Origin: Armatimonadota bacterium
GTDB lineage: Bacteria > Armatimonadota > Fimbriimonadia > Fimbriimonadales > GBS-DC
Direction: 5' to 3'
Length of the DNA: 64,000 bases
Assembly (NCBI GenBank): GCA_037444405.1
Contig: JBBIML010000014.1
Span: 1-64,000 of the forward strand
Shown: positions 10,376 through 21,325 of the stretch, piece by piece
How positions within the stretch are numbered: the stretch's first letter is position 1
Layout: every line of letters starts with the position of its first letter
The notes under the pieces: model-generated
Databases searched by the model: none
What the model was told of the DNA's origin: nothing
What the model saw: only the letters and a program-made list of their open reading frames with translations
Program-made: the position numbers and the translations under genes

Positions 10376-10843
10376 TCAGTGATGCGCACGGTCGCCGTAC
10401 AGCAGCTGGATATAGGCGACCTGCCCCAGATGATAGGTCAGGTTCCAGTAGTGGTCGTACGCGATTTCAAAAAGGCTCATCGCCTTGCCCCACGGCATCA
10501 TCACGGTCTGCTCCAGCTCGGCAGGTGGTATCTGCTGGATGAGCGCGAGCAGTTCGGCGGTGCCTTTGCGGCAGGCTTGCTCGCAGCCGTCCAGCGTGCT
10601 GATGTTGCCCGCCTGCTCGGTCGCCCGCTGTGAGATGGTTTTATCGGGCTGCTGAGGTCGCTCCTGCAGGGCAATCTTCAAAAAGTAGGGTGTGATGGCG
10701 TTCTCCTGCAGGATTTCCAGCACGCTGCGGGCGTGGTCCGCAGGGCGCCAGCTCAGCTTCTCCGCTGGCACCGCCCGCGCATAGCGAAAGAGCATCTCCA
10801 CCGCTTCCCAAGTCATCCGCTCCAGCGCCTCATAGAAAGTCAT
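10376..10843 (-). CDS. DinB/DUF664-family protein
   Basis: W.P....RS..EIL and YHLGQ..YIQLLYG motifs; four-helix bundle size. Confidence 0.8.
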   Translation of the reverse strand: MTFYEALERMTWEAVEMLFRYARAVPAEKLSWRPADHARSVLEILQENAITPYFLKIALQERPQQPDKTISQRATEQAGNISTLDGCEQACRKGTAELLALIQQIPPAELEQTVMMPWGKAMSLFEIAYDHYWNLTYHLGQVAYIQLLYGDRAHH

Positions 10844-10923
10844 GGCGAAACCTCGCCCCTATCATACCCTTAAGCAAGGTACAATCCTGCCATCGCTGTG
10901 GGGAGGGGTGTATGGAGTAAGCG

Positions 10924-13296
10924 ATGCAGTTCACAGAGGTTCAGCGGCGGGCGATTGAGTTCGGGATTGGACGGCTGATGCTGGTGGCGGGCGCGGGGTC
11001 GGGCAAGACGGGCGTGCTGACCGAGCGGTTCGTCCACCTCGTGAGCGCGTGCGGAGTTGATCCTGAGCGAATCCTGACCATCACCTTCACCCGCACGGCG
11101 GCCGCCGAGATGAAAGCCCGCATCATTCGCAAGCTCGAATCGCGCGGCTTGCTGGACGCCCGCCACCGCATCGAGAGCGCGTATATCCACACGATTCACG
11201 CCCTGTGCCGACGGCTGCTACAGGAGAACCCGTTCGAGGCGGGCGTGGAGCCAGACCCCGCCGTTCTGACCGCGCCCGAAAGCCAGCAGCTGCGCCTCGA
11301 GGCGTTCCACAGGGCGCTGGAGCGATTGCTGAGCGGCAAGCCAAGCGCGTGCCCTGTTGACCCGCAGGTGTTGCAGTCGCTGATCGCCGAATATCTGATG
11401 CTGGGCGACAGCCTGACGCGGGGCGACCCGCTGCAGACGCTTTATCGCATGGTGCGCCATCTGGTGGACGAAGCTCGCCATCAGGGGCTGGATCTGCCCG
11501 ATTTGCGGGAGTGGGCTTGCCCTCACCCCCAGCCCCTCTCCCACGCTGTGGGAGAGGGGGGTCTAACTAAATCCCTCTCCCCCAGCGGGGAAGAGGGTAT
11601 GGGTGAGGGGGATACCGATCCCGAACAGGAAGCCTATGCGCAGGCGTTGCAGAGCGCCTTGCTCGCGCTCGCATGTGAGTATCTGGCGCAATACGAACAG
11701 CTTAAAGCCCAGCGCGCCGCGCTCGACTTCGACGACCTCCAGCTGCGCACCTTGCAGATGTTGCGCCAGTCGGCGACCGTGCGCCGACGCTATCAGCAAC
11801 TGTTCCAGTATGTGCTGGTGGACGAAGCGCAGGACATCGACCCGTTGCAGGCGGAGCTGATCGAACTGCTCACGGGCGAGCGGGGCAACCTGATGGTGGT
11901 AGGCGACGCGCAACAGTCGATTTACGGCTTCCGATTCGCCGATCTGCGCGTGTTCCACGAGTGGCGCGACCGCACGCAGGCGCACGAGCAGGGCTGCATT
12001 CTGGAGATGAACGCCAACTTCCGCTCGCGCGCGGAGATTCTGGCGTTTGTACGCTTCGTTTTCGAGCAGATATGGGGCGAGCGGTTCCTGCCGCCCCAGC
12101 ACGCGCGGGTTCACCCGAACGAGACGGCGGGACACGCCAGCGAGCCGCATGTGCAGGTGTGGCGCTGGCAGCGACGCGACCCCTCCGCCGAAGCCGCACT
12201 GATTGCAGGCACGATCCGCCGGTGGGTGCAGGGGGGTTGTCTGCCCATTCACGATCTGGAGATGGGCGAACTGCGCCCCGCCCGCTACGGCGACTTCGCG
12301 CTGCTGTTCCATCAATACACGGCGGTGGACGAGTACGAGCGCCAGTTTCAGGCGATGGGCGTGCCGTGCTATGTGGTGGGCGGTGGGCGCGGCTACTGGT
12401 TGCGCTATGAGGTGCGCGATCTGGCAAATCTTCTGCGGGCGCTCACCGACATGGAGAATGAGGTCGCGCTGTTGAGCCTGTTGCGCTCGCCGATGGTGGG
12501 ACTGAGCCTCGACGCGCTGGTACTGCTGATGGACGAGGCGCACGCTCGCCAGCTGCCCCTGCGCCTCGTGCTGGACGAGCCGCTGACGGAACTGCCCGCG
12601 CCCGACCGCGAAAAACTGGCGCGCTTTCTCGGCTGGTTCACCGAGCTGGAGCGCGAGGTCGGTCGACGCACCGTCGGCTGGCTGCTGATGCGCGCACTGG
12701 AAGCCAGCGCGTACGAAGCCCAGCTGCTGCGCGAGCCAGGCGGCGCCCAGCAGGTCGCCAATGTGCGCAAGCTGGTCGCGCTGGCAATCGATCAGCCCGA
12801 GGTGCCGCCACCGGCGTTCGCGGAGCAGCTGGACGCGCTCGTGCGTGCCGAACAGCGCGAGGGCAACGCGCCCACCTATGAAGAGAGCGCGGATGTGGTG
12901 CGGTTCTACACCGTTCACGGCGCCAAAGGGCTGGAGTTCCCTGTGGTGTTCCTTGCCGACACGGGCTATCGCGAGCGCGTGCGCGACCTGCCCCTGCATG
13001 TGCAGCCGACCGAGCGACGGATCGGGCTGCGCCTGCGCAACGGCTACGAGACCGCCACCTATCGCCTCCTGCATGAGCGCCATCGGAGCGACGAGGTTGC
13101 CGAATCGCAGCGCAAGCTCTATGTCGCGCTGACCCGCGCCCGCGACTACCTGATTGTGAGCCTGACGATGGCGGGCAATCCGTGGGCGCGCGGGCTGGCA
13201 GGCGCACTCAATCGCTATCTGAACCATCCACGCACGCTGCACCGCCTGCCCGACGGCACGCCTTTCCTGCTCAAAGAGATTCGCACCGAAGAGTAG
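10924..13296 (+). CDS. UvrD/AddA-like SF1 DNA helicase carrying an in-frame palindromic insertion
   Basis: AGAGSGKT, VDEAQD, VGDAQQSIYGFR, NFRS, TVHGAKGLEFP, LYVALTRAR. Confidence 0.92.
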   Translation: MQFTEVQRRAIEFGIGRLMLVAGAGSGKTGVLTERFVHLVSACGVDPERILTITFTRTAAAEMKARIIRKLESRGLLDARHRIESAYIHTIHALCRRLLQENPFEAGVEPDPAVLTAPESQQLRLEAFHRALERLLSGKPSACPVDPQVLQSLIAEYLMLGDSLTRGDPLQTLYRMVRHLVDEARHQGLDLPDLREWACPHPQPLSHAVGEGGLTKSLSPSGEEGMGEGDTDPEQEAYAQALQSALLALACEYLAQYEQLKAQRAALDFDDLQLRTLQMLRQSATVRRRYQQLFQYVLVDEAQDIDPLQAELIELLTGERGNLMVVGDAQQSIYGFRFADLRVFHEWRDRTQAHEQGCILEMNANFRSRAEILAFVRFVFEQIWGERFLPPQHARVHPNETAGHASEPHVQVWRWQRRDPSAEAALIAGTIRRWVQGGCLPIHDLEMGELRPARYGDFALLFHQYTAVDEYERQFQAMGVPCYVVGGGRGYWLRYEVRDLANLLRALTDMENEVALLSLLRSPMVGLSLDALVLLMDEAHARQLPLRLVLDEPLTELPAPDREKLARFLGWFTELEREVGRRTVGWLLMRALEASAYEAQLLREPGGAQQVANVRKLVALAIDQPEVPPPAFAEQLDALVRAEQREGNAPTYEESADVVRFYTVHGAKGLEFPVVFLADTGYRERVRDLPLHVQPTERRIGLRLRNGYETATYRLLHERHRSDEVAESQRKLYVALTRARDYLIVSLTMAGNPWARGLAGALNRYLNHPRTLHRLPDGTPFLLKEIRTEE
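11520..11611. repeat. BoxC-like palindromic element (module A + module B) inside the helicase CDS
   Basis: A: CCCTCACCCCCAGCCCCTCTCCCACGCTGTGGGAGAGGGG; B: TAAATCCCTCTCCCCCAGCGGGGAAGAGGGTATGGGTGAGGGGG; both recur at 30164-30259. Confidence 0.9.
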
Positions 13297-13327
13297 GCAA
13301 GCCGCTCTCCCCGCCAGAGAGCGTCTT

Positions 13328-13879
13328 TCATCGTCGGCGTCGGGCGAGGTAGCGGAACAAAAAGCCAGCGATAAGCCCGCCAAGCGCGCCGCCGATAACG
13401 GGGGCAAGCGCGGACGGCACGCGCATCCCTATCAGCGCCAGCCCGACCGGCGGTGCGAGCGCCGCCACAATCACCAGCGTGGTGATGAGCGCGCGGCGAG
13501 CCGACTGTATCGCCCGCTGATTGAGCTGCTGCAACTTTTCGAAGTCGGCGTCGCCCTCCTGCAGGTAGCGCACCATCTGGCGAGCCTCCTCCACCAGCAG
13601 CTCGGCGTCCAGCGCCTGCAGGCTCCGACCCCGCTGGAGAATCTGGAACTCCACATCGACCAGCGTATGCACGCCCCACGGCTGCGCACGCGCGAAGATG
13701 CGCATCCAGATATGGCGCGGCGCCGCGCTGATCAGCCCGCGCCAGAACGAGCCGCGCTGGAGCATCAGCTCCGGCTCGCGCTGCACGCACTGGTAGCCAA
13801 TCGCCTCAAAGTAGCCCTGCAGTCGCTCGCGGGCTTGCTGGTCATCATAAGCGACAGCGCCGGACCATCGGAAAGTCAT
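13328..13879 (-). CDS. Hypothetical membrane protein with two C-terminal TM helices
   Basis: ATGA-coupled to tdk; hydrophobic C-terminus with Arg tail. Confidence 0.7.
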   Translation of the reverse strand: MTFRWSGAVAYDDQQARERLQGYFEAIGYQCVQREPELMLQRGSFWRGLISAAPRHIWMRIFARAQPWGVHTLVDVEFQILQRGRSLQALDAELLVEEARQMVRYLQEGDADFEKLQQLNQRAIQSARRALITTLVIVAALAPPVGLALIGMRVPSALAPVIGGALGGLIAGFLFRYLARRRR

Positions 13880-14520
13880 TTCGCTGGCTCCTTTGGGCGA
13901 CGCGCGTTGCGCCCGATGGCGAGCCGACGCGCCCGCTGGCGGTATGCCGCGGGCACTTTACGCACCTGATGGCAGTTGCGGCAGCGGGCTTCGTAGTGGT
14001 CCGCCGCGCCCACCAGAATGGTCGGCTCGTCCCACGCGGCGGGGCGACCGTCCACCAGACGCTGGGTATGGCTGGCGGGGCGACCGCACACCACACAGAT
14101 TGCCCGCAGCTTGACCACCTCGTCCGCCAGCGCCATCAGCGTCGGCATAATCCCGAACGGCTGACGCCTGAAGTCCTGATCCAGCCCTGCCACAATCACC
14201 GTTCGCCCGCTATCCGCCAGCTGCACGCAGAGGTCGATCAGCCCCTCGTCGAAAAACTGCGCCTCCTCGATGGCAATCAGGTCGGTGTCGGGTTCAATCA
14301 GCGCGGCTAACTCCTGACTGTTGCGCACGGGCACGGCAGAGAGCTGAACCCCGTTATGGGTGGCGACCGCTGTGCGTTCGAAGCGGTCGTCCAACGCGTG
14401 TTTGAACACCTGCACCTTCTTGCGGGCGTACATCGCGCGGCGCACCTGCCGAATCAGCTCCTCCGACTTGCCTGCGAACATGCTGCCGCAGATCACGGTC
14501 AACTGTCCCAGCGGTTTCAT
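13876..14520 (-). CDS. tdk: Thymidine kinase
   Basis: GSMFAGKSEELI, IEEAQFF, AGLDQDFRRQPFG, Zn-binding CxxC...YEARCRNCH. Confidence 0.96.
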   Translation of the reverse strand: MKPLGQLTVICGSMFAGKSEELIRQVRRAMYARKKVQVFKHALDDRFERTAVATHNGVQLSAVPVRNSQELAALIEPDTDLIAIEEAQFFDEGLIDLCVQLADSGRTVIVAGLDQDFRRQPFGIMPTLMALADEVVKLRAICVVCGRPASHTQRLVDGRPAAWDEPTILVGAADHYEARCRNCHQVRKVPAAYRQRARRLAIGRNARRPKEPAK

Positions 14521-14730
14521 GGCTCCCCGCGCAGGAGATTCGCGCCTGCTCGCCATTTTCCTGTTCACTCTCGCGGTCCCCTGAAAGGAGAGCGGCAAAG
14601 CACACCGTGCCGTGCTGCCCACGCGATTGAACGGTCAACCCCAACCGATTCTGGTTTATCGCGACGGCATCGTTGAAGCCGTCGCCGTCCAGAACAGGTA
14701 AGCCGCTGCGGAAGGCGAATCGAAAAGGGG

Positions 14731-16035
14731 ATGGGAGAGTGGCGGATTCAGCCTGCACGGGGCGTGCGTGGCAGGTGGCGACCGCCGGGCGACAAGTCGA
14801 TCAGCCATCGCGCGGCGATCCTGGCTCTGCTAACGGAAGGCACCACCGAGATCGACGGCTTTCTGGAGTCGGACGATTGCCTGCGCACGCTGAACATGGT
14901 GCAGGCGCTGGGCGCGTCGGTGGAGCGGGTGGGCGAGTCGCGCTGGCGCATTCGGGGCGTCGGGCGCAACCCGCTTCAGGAACCGCCCGATGTGCTGGAT
15001 GCGGGCAACTCCGGTACAACCGCGCGCCTGATGGCGGGCGTGCTGGCGTCGGCGCCCATCTTCAGCGTGTTGACAGGCGACGAATCGCTGCGGCGGCGCC
15101 CGATGCGGCGCATCGTGGAACCCCTGCAGCGCATGGGCGCCCAGATTGACGGGCGCGAGGGCGCCAGCCGACTGCCGCTCGCCATCCGCGGGGGCGACCT
15201 GCGGGCAATCGAGTACCTCACACCCGTCGCCAGTGCACAGGTCAAATCGTGCATCCTGCTGGCGGGACTGCGAGCGGCGGGCACCACCGTTGTAATGGAG
15301 CCATCCCTGTCGCGCGACCACACCGAGCGCATGCTCAAAGCCTTCGGCGCGGAGCTGGAGATTCAGATGGGTGACAGCGGTCAGCATCGCGTCCGCCTGC
15401 GCGGGGGTCAAACCCTGCAGGCGTGCGCGCTGCGGGTGCCGGGCGACTTCTCATCGGCGGCGTTCCTGATTGCCGCCGCACTGATGTTGCCCGAATCGGA
15501 GCTGGTGATTGAGGGCGTGGGGGTCAACCCGACGCGCACAGGGCTGCTGGAGGCGCTCGCGGCTGCCGATGTGCATCTGGGCTGGGAACAGCTGGATGAG
15601 CAGGCGGGCGAGCCAGTCGCCACCCTGCGCGTGCGTCCGCAGCCCCTGCGCGCAATGCAGGTCGGTGGCGAACTCATCCCGCGCCTCATCGACGAAATCC
15701 CCATCCTTGCCCTGCTCGCCACACAGGCAACAGGCGAGACGCTCATCCGCGACGCCGCCGAACTGCGCGTCAAAGAGTCAGACCGCCTGAACGCCATCGC
15801 CACCGAGTTAGGGAAGATGGGCGCGCAGATAGAGTGCCTACCTGATGGGCTGCGCATTCACGGACCCACGCCCCTGCACGGTGCAGCGGTGCAGAGTCAT
15901 GGCGACCACCGCATCGCGATGATGCTGGCGATAGCGGGGCTGGTCGCCCAATCGGGCGAGACGGTGATCCACGATGTCGAATGCGTGCAGACCAGCTTCC
16001 CCGATTTTGAGAAGGTCATCGCCTCGCTAACCTGA
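14731..16035 (+). CDS. aroA: 3-phosphoshikimate 1-carboxyvinyltransferase (EPSP synthase)
   Basis: PGDKSISHRA, GNSGTTARL, SAQVKS, ELRVKESDR, GDHRIAM. Confidence 0.97.
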   Translation: MGEWRIQPARGVRGRWRPPGDKSISHRAAILALLTEGTTEIDGFLESDDCLRTLNMVQALGASVERVGESRWRIRGVGRNPLQEPPDVLDAGNSGTTARLMAGVLASAPIFSVLTGDESLRRRPMRRIVEPLQRMGAQIDGREGASRLPLAIRGGDLRAIEYLTPVASAQVKSCILLAGLRAAGTTVVMEPSLSRDHTERMLKAFGAELEIQMGDSGQHRVRLRGGQTLQACALRVPGDFSSAAFLIAAALMLPESELVIEGVGVNPTRTGLLEALAAADVHLGWEQLDEQAGEPVATLRVRPQPLRAMQVGGELIPRLIDEIPILALLATQATGETLIRDAAELRVKESDRLNAIATELGKMGAQIECLPDGLRIHGPTPLHGAAVQSHGDHRIAMMLAIAGLVAQSGETVIHDVECVQTSFPDFEKVIASLT

Positions 16036-16242
16036 ACGATCCGTCTGGAAAGGGGACACCCCTGCTACGCCAGCCGATGCAGGTCGGCTTCCTTTGCATG
16101 GGAACGGCTTTAGCCGGAACGCCGCAATATAATCCCCACGACACACCTCCCTTCAGCAGGTATCCTTTAACCCATAGACCGATGGGGTATCCTGTTATTA
16201 ACCGAACAGTCGGTCAAAGCTCAACGAGGAGAACGGAGGTAA

Positions 16243-17856
16243 ATGATGGACTATCGTGAGACGCTGAATCGGCAGTTGCTGGCGGAAGGGATTGAGATTC
16301 GAGGCGCTGTGCCCCCTGCCTATGCGCAGATTCTCACGCCCGACGCCCTGCGCTTTGTGGCGACGCTCGTGCGCGCGTTCAACCCTCGCCGAAAGGAGCT
16401 GCTGCGCCTGCGCGAGGAGCGTCAGGCGTGGCTCGATGCGGGCAACAAGCCCGACTTCCTGCCCGAAACGCGCGACATCCGCGAAGGCGACTGGCAGGTC
16501 GCATCACCACCCCCCGATCTGATGGATCGGCGTGTGGAAATCACAGGTCCCGTAGACCGCAAGATGATTATCAACGCGCTCAACTCAGGCGCGAAGGTCT
16601 ACATGGCGGACTTCGAAGACGCCAACTCCCCCACCTGGGCGAACTGTGTAGAGGGGCAGATCAATCTCTACGACGCCGTGCGCCGCACAATTGAATACAC
16701 CAGCCCCGAAGGCAAGCAGTACCGCCTGAACGAGCAGACCGCCGTGCTGTGCGTGCGCCCGCGCGGCTGGCACCTCGTGGAGAAACACCTACTGATTGAC
16801 GGCGAGCCTGCCCCCGCCGCGCTGTTTGACTTCGGGTTGTATTTTTATCACAACGCCCACGAATTGATTCGGCGCGGCACGGGTCCCTACTTCTACCTGC
16901 CCAAGTTGGAGAGCCATCTGGAGGCGCGCCTCTGGAACGAGGTCTTTGTAATGGCGCAGGAGCAGCTGGGCATCCCACGCGGCACCATCCGAGCCACCGT
17001 GCTGATCGAGAACATCCTCGCCGCGTTTGAGTGCGACGAGATTCTGTACGAACTGCGCGAGCATTCGGCAGGTCTCAACAGCGGGCGGTGGGACTATCTG
17101 TTCAGCGTTATCCGCAAGTTCCGCAACCATCCCGAGGTTGTGCTGCCCGACCGTGCCACGCTGACGATGACTGTGCCCTTTATGAAGGCGTACTCCGAGC
17201 TGGTGGTGCAGACCTGCCATCGGCGCGGGATTCATGCGATTGGCGGCATGTCCGCCTACATCCCCCGTCGCGACGACCCCGAAGCGAACGCCGCCGCAAT
17301 TGCGCAGGTGGTTGCCGACAAGGAGCGCGAGATCAGCGAGGGGTACGACGGCACATGGGTCGCCCATCCGGGGCTGGTGCCCATCGTGATGGAGGTGTTC
17401 GAAAAGAACATGCGAGGAGTGAACCAGCTCCATGTGCGTCCCCAGCGGGCGATTACGGCACAGGAGTTGCTGAACTTTCCGCGTGGGGACATCACCGAGC
17501 GGGGTGTGCGCACCAATATCGGGGTCAGCCTGCGCTATCTGGAATCGTGGCTGCGCGGCACGGGCTGCGTCGCCATCAACTATCTGATGGAGGACGCCGC
17601 CACCGTGGAGATTTCGCGCTCGCAGCTGTGGCAGTGGATCTGGCGCAGGGCGACGCTTGCCGACGGGCGCACCTTCACGCCCGACCTGTTCCAGCAGATG
17701 TTGCGCGAGGAGCTGGCGAAGATTGAAGCCGAGATCGGCGCCGACGCCTATCGGCAGAGCCGCTATACCGACGCGGCGGCGATCCTGGAGCGCGTGGTGC
17801 TGACACCTCAGTTCATCGACTTCGTCACGCTCGTCGCGTACGAGTACCTTGATTGA
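16243..17856 (+). CDS. aceB: Malate synthase A
   Basis: [44 protein letters not shown]. Confidence 0.97.
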   Translation: MMDYRETLNRQLLAEGIEIRGAVPPAYAQILTPDALRFVATLVRAFNPRRKELLRLREERQAWLDAGNKPDFLPETRDIREGDWQVASPPPDLMDRRVEITGPVDRKMIINALNSGAKVYMADFEDANSPTWANCVEGQINLYDAVRRTIEYTSPEGKQYRLNEQTAVLCVRPRGWHLVEKHLLIDGEPAPAALFDFGLYFYHNAHELIRRGTGPYFYLPKLESHLEARLWNEVFVMAQEQLGIPRGTIRATVLIENILAAFECDEILYELREHSAGLNSGRWDYLFSVIRKFRNHPEVVLPDRATLTMTVPFMKAYSELVVQTCHRRGIHAIGGMSAYIPRRDDPEANAAAIAQVVADKEREISEGYDGTWVAHPGLVPIVMEVFEKNMRGVNQLHVRPQRAITAQELLNFPRGDITERGVRTNIGVSLRYLESWLRGTGCVAINYLMEDAATVEISRSQLWQWIWRRATLADGRTFTPDLFQQMLREELAKIEAEIGADAYRQSRYTDAAAILERVVLTPQFIDFVTLVAYEYLD

Positions 17857-17872
17857 GAGGCAGTTCATTCAG

Positions 17873-17900
17873 CTCTCTCCCCCACCTGCGGGGAGAGGGT
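17873..17900. repeat. Intergenic BoxC-like hairpin
   Basis: CTCTCTCCCCCACCTGCGGGGAGAGGGT resembles module B. Confidence 0.6.
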
Positions 17901-17927
17901 CACGGAGCAAAAGAGGAGGTCAGAACC

Positions 17928-19202
<1,275 letters not shown>

Positions 19203-19224
19203 AAAAGCCGGGCTGTCCCGCGCC

Positions 19225-19869
19225 TCAGGCGAGCTGTTTAACCGCCGCTCTCAGCGTGCGCTTGACCTCACGCCAGTGGATGCGCTGGCGCATAGCGGGC
19301 ATGCGCTCAGCGTCCGCATCGTCAAAGTAGGTCAGCGCACGCAACAGGTGTGTCGTGTCGGACACACCGTACTTTTGTTGATACAGTGCCAGTGCCTCCG
19401 AGAGAGGGATAACCGACATCAGCGCGTAAAGGTCTATGAAGTCGCGCTTCGTGCCGCGCTGGGCAATCGCCAGCAGTTTCATGCAGGCGAGGTCCTCCAG
19501 CGAAGCCAGCGAGCAGCCGTAATCTGACCAGTGGAGTGGTGGGCGCAACAGGGGGTAGCGATACTCGAAGGAGCTCACGCGAACACCCGCCACACGCAAC
19601 GCGAGCGTGCCTTCCGTAATCTGGATAGCTTCCGCTGATGTGAGGTGCTCTTTGAACGCCTCTGCCAGTCGCAGGGGGTCAGGCAGGGGTTCGGCACGGA
19701 ACCAGTCCAGATCAACTGAGCGGCGATGCCCTAGGTAGAGGGCGACCGCTGTGTCGCCCGCCAGGTAGAAACCATGCTGGCGCGCGACAGGCGCGACGGC
19801 GCGCAGGGCAGAACGCACCCGCGCGCTCAGCGCCGTTTCGTGGAGGCTCGGTGCGTGCGGCGTTCCCAT
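19225..19869 (-). CDS. AbiEii/AbiGii-family nucleotidyltransferase (toxin-like)
   Basis: YLAG(D)TAVALYLGHRRSVDLDWF and MKLLAIAQRG.KRDFIDLY. Confidence 0.88.
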   Translation of the reverse strand: MGTPHAPSLHETALSARVRSALRAVAPVARQHGFYLAGDTAVALYLGHRRSVDLDWFRAEPLPDPLRLAEAFKEHLTSAEAIQITEGTLALRVAGVRVSSFEYRYPLLRPPLHWSDYGCSLASLEDLACMKLLAIAQRGTKRDFIDLYALMSVIPLSEALALYQQKYGVSDTTHLLRALTYFDDADAERMPAMRQRIHWREVKRTLRAAVKQLA

Positions 19870-20165
19870 AGGTCGATCGGGCGCGCACGAATCCAGCGTG
19901 AAACCTGGCGATGGGGCAGATCCAGCAGGGCTTCCCAGAAGCGCAACGCGCGGGCGCTCAGCCCACGCCCCTCGCGCTGAATCAACCACGCGCGCAGGGC
20001 AGGCTTGCCGTAGGTGGCTATCAGCCAGCGAATCGCGGGCAGGTCGCCATGCTCCATAATCCGCACACAGAGGTAGTCCCGATCCCGCACAGGCGACAGG
20101 CGTCGGAACTCCACCTCCCAGAACAGCGGACGCAGAAAATCGGGCAACCGATTGCCGGGTTTCAT
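19827..20165 (-). CDS. DUF6922-like small protein, putative partner of the AbiEii-like gene
   Basis: LRPLFWEV...RIMEHGD...RWL...YG pattern; overlaps the toxin-like gene start. Confidence 0.75.
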   Translation of the reverse strand: MKPGNRLPDFLRPLFWEVEFRRLSPVRDRDYLCVRIMEHGDLPAIRWLIATYGKPALRAWLIQREGRGLSARALRFWEALLDLPHRQVSRWIRARPIDLWERRTHRASTKRR

Positions 20166-20189
20166 GACTCTTGCCACCCAGAGTATGTC

Positions 20190-20660
20190 CTAAGGCGAGC
20201 GCACGGGGTCACGGACAGGCAGTGGCTCTAAAAGCATCTCTTTGGTCGCGATGAACGACTCGCGCGTGTAGTCTGCCAGCTCGTAATCTTCGCGCAGCAC
20301 AATCGCGCCTGTGGGGCACGCCTCCTGGCAGTAGCCGCAGTAGATACAGCGCAGGAGGTTGATCTCGTAGCGTTTGGCGTAGCGTTCGCCAGGCGAGTAG
20401 CGTTCCTCGTCGGTGTTCTCGGCGGCTTCCACATAGATACAGCGCACGGGGCACGCGCCCGCGCACAGCGAGCAGCCGATGCACCGCTCCAGCCCGTTCT
20501 CGTAGCGCAGCAGCACATGGCGCCAGCGCGTGCGACGGAACTGCTCCTTGCGCTCTTCTGGATAGAACACCGTCTGCTTCGGACCCAGCAAGTGGCGCAG
20601 GGTGATTTTCAGCCCTTTGCCGATGGGCTTGAGAACATCGCGAACCACTTCACCAATCAT
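20190..20660 (-). CDS. nuoI: NADH-quinone oxidoreductase subunit I
   Basis: Two CxxCxxCxxxCP 4Fe-4S motifs, [18 protein letters not shown]. Confidence 0.96.
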   Translation of the reverse strand: MIGEVVRDVLKPIGKGLKITLRHLLGPKQTVFYPEERKEQFRRTRWRHVLLRYENGLERCIGCSLCAGACPVRCIYVEAAENTDEERYSPGERYAKRYEINLLRCIYCGYCQEACPTGAIVLREDYELADYTRESFIATKEMLLEPLPVRDPVRSP

Positions 20661-21271
20661 TTCGACACCTCCACCGCCGATGAGGGTTGCAAAGCCCGCG
20701 TGCGGTCGCCTGCGGTGATGGCCGGCTGCTCCTTCGGTTTGAGTTCGAGCAGCATGCCCAGCCGTTGCGCCCGAATCTTTTGCTGGAGTTTGATGAGGGC
20801 GTACAGCAGGGCGTCGGGCGAGGGCGGGCAACCGGGCACATACACATCCACAGGCACAATCTGATCCACGCCCTGCACAATCGCGTAGTTGTTGAAGATG
20901 CCGCCGCAGGAGGCGCATGCGCCCATCGAGATGACCCATTTGGGCGAGGGCATCTGGTCATAGATCTGGCGCAGCACAGGCGCCATCTTCTTGCTGACGC
21001 GCCCCGCCACAATCATCACATCCGCCTGGCGCGGCGAGGCGCGGAACACCTCCGAGCCGAAGCGGGCGATATCGAAGCGCGCGGCAGCAGCGGACATCAT
21101 CTCGATCGCGCAGCACGCCAGCCCGAAGGTGAGCGGGAAGAGGCTGTTGCGCCGCGCCCAGTTGACCAGATCGTCCAGCCGCGCCAATAACACGCCACCC
21201 CCCATCGCCAGCCCCGGCAGGCTCGGCGTCGCCGAATCGTGCAGTGCCACCTTTTCAATACGCTTGCTCAC
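20657..21271 (-). CDS. nuoB: NADH-quinone oxidoreductase subunit B
   Basis: [34 protein letters not shown]. Confidence 0.97.
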   Translation of the reverse strand: MSKRIEKVALHDSATPSLPGLAMGGGVLLARLDDLVNWARRNSLFPLTFGLACCAIEMMSAAAARFDIARFGSEVFRASPRQADVMIVAGRVSKKMAPVLRQIYDQMPSPKWVISMGACASCGGIFNNYAIVQGVDQIVPVDVYVPGCPPSPDALLYALIKLQQKIRAQRLGMLLELKPKEQPAITAGDRTRALQPSSAVEVSK

Positions 21272-21325
21272 GGTTCACCACCGCATAGATTGTACCCGAT
21301 TTCACAAGCGGGTACACTCCATGCC

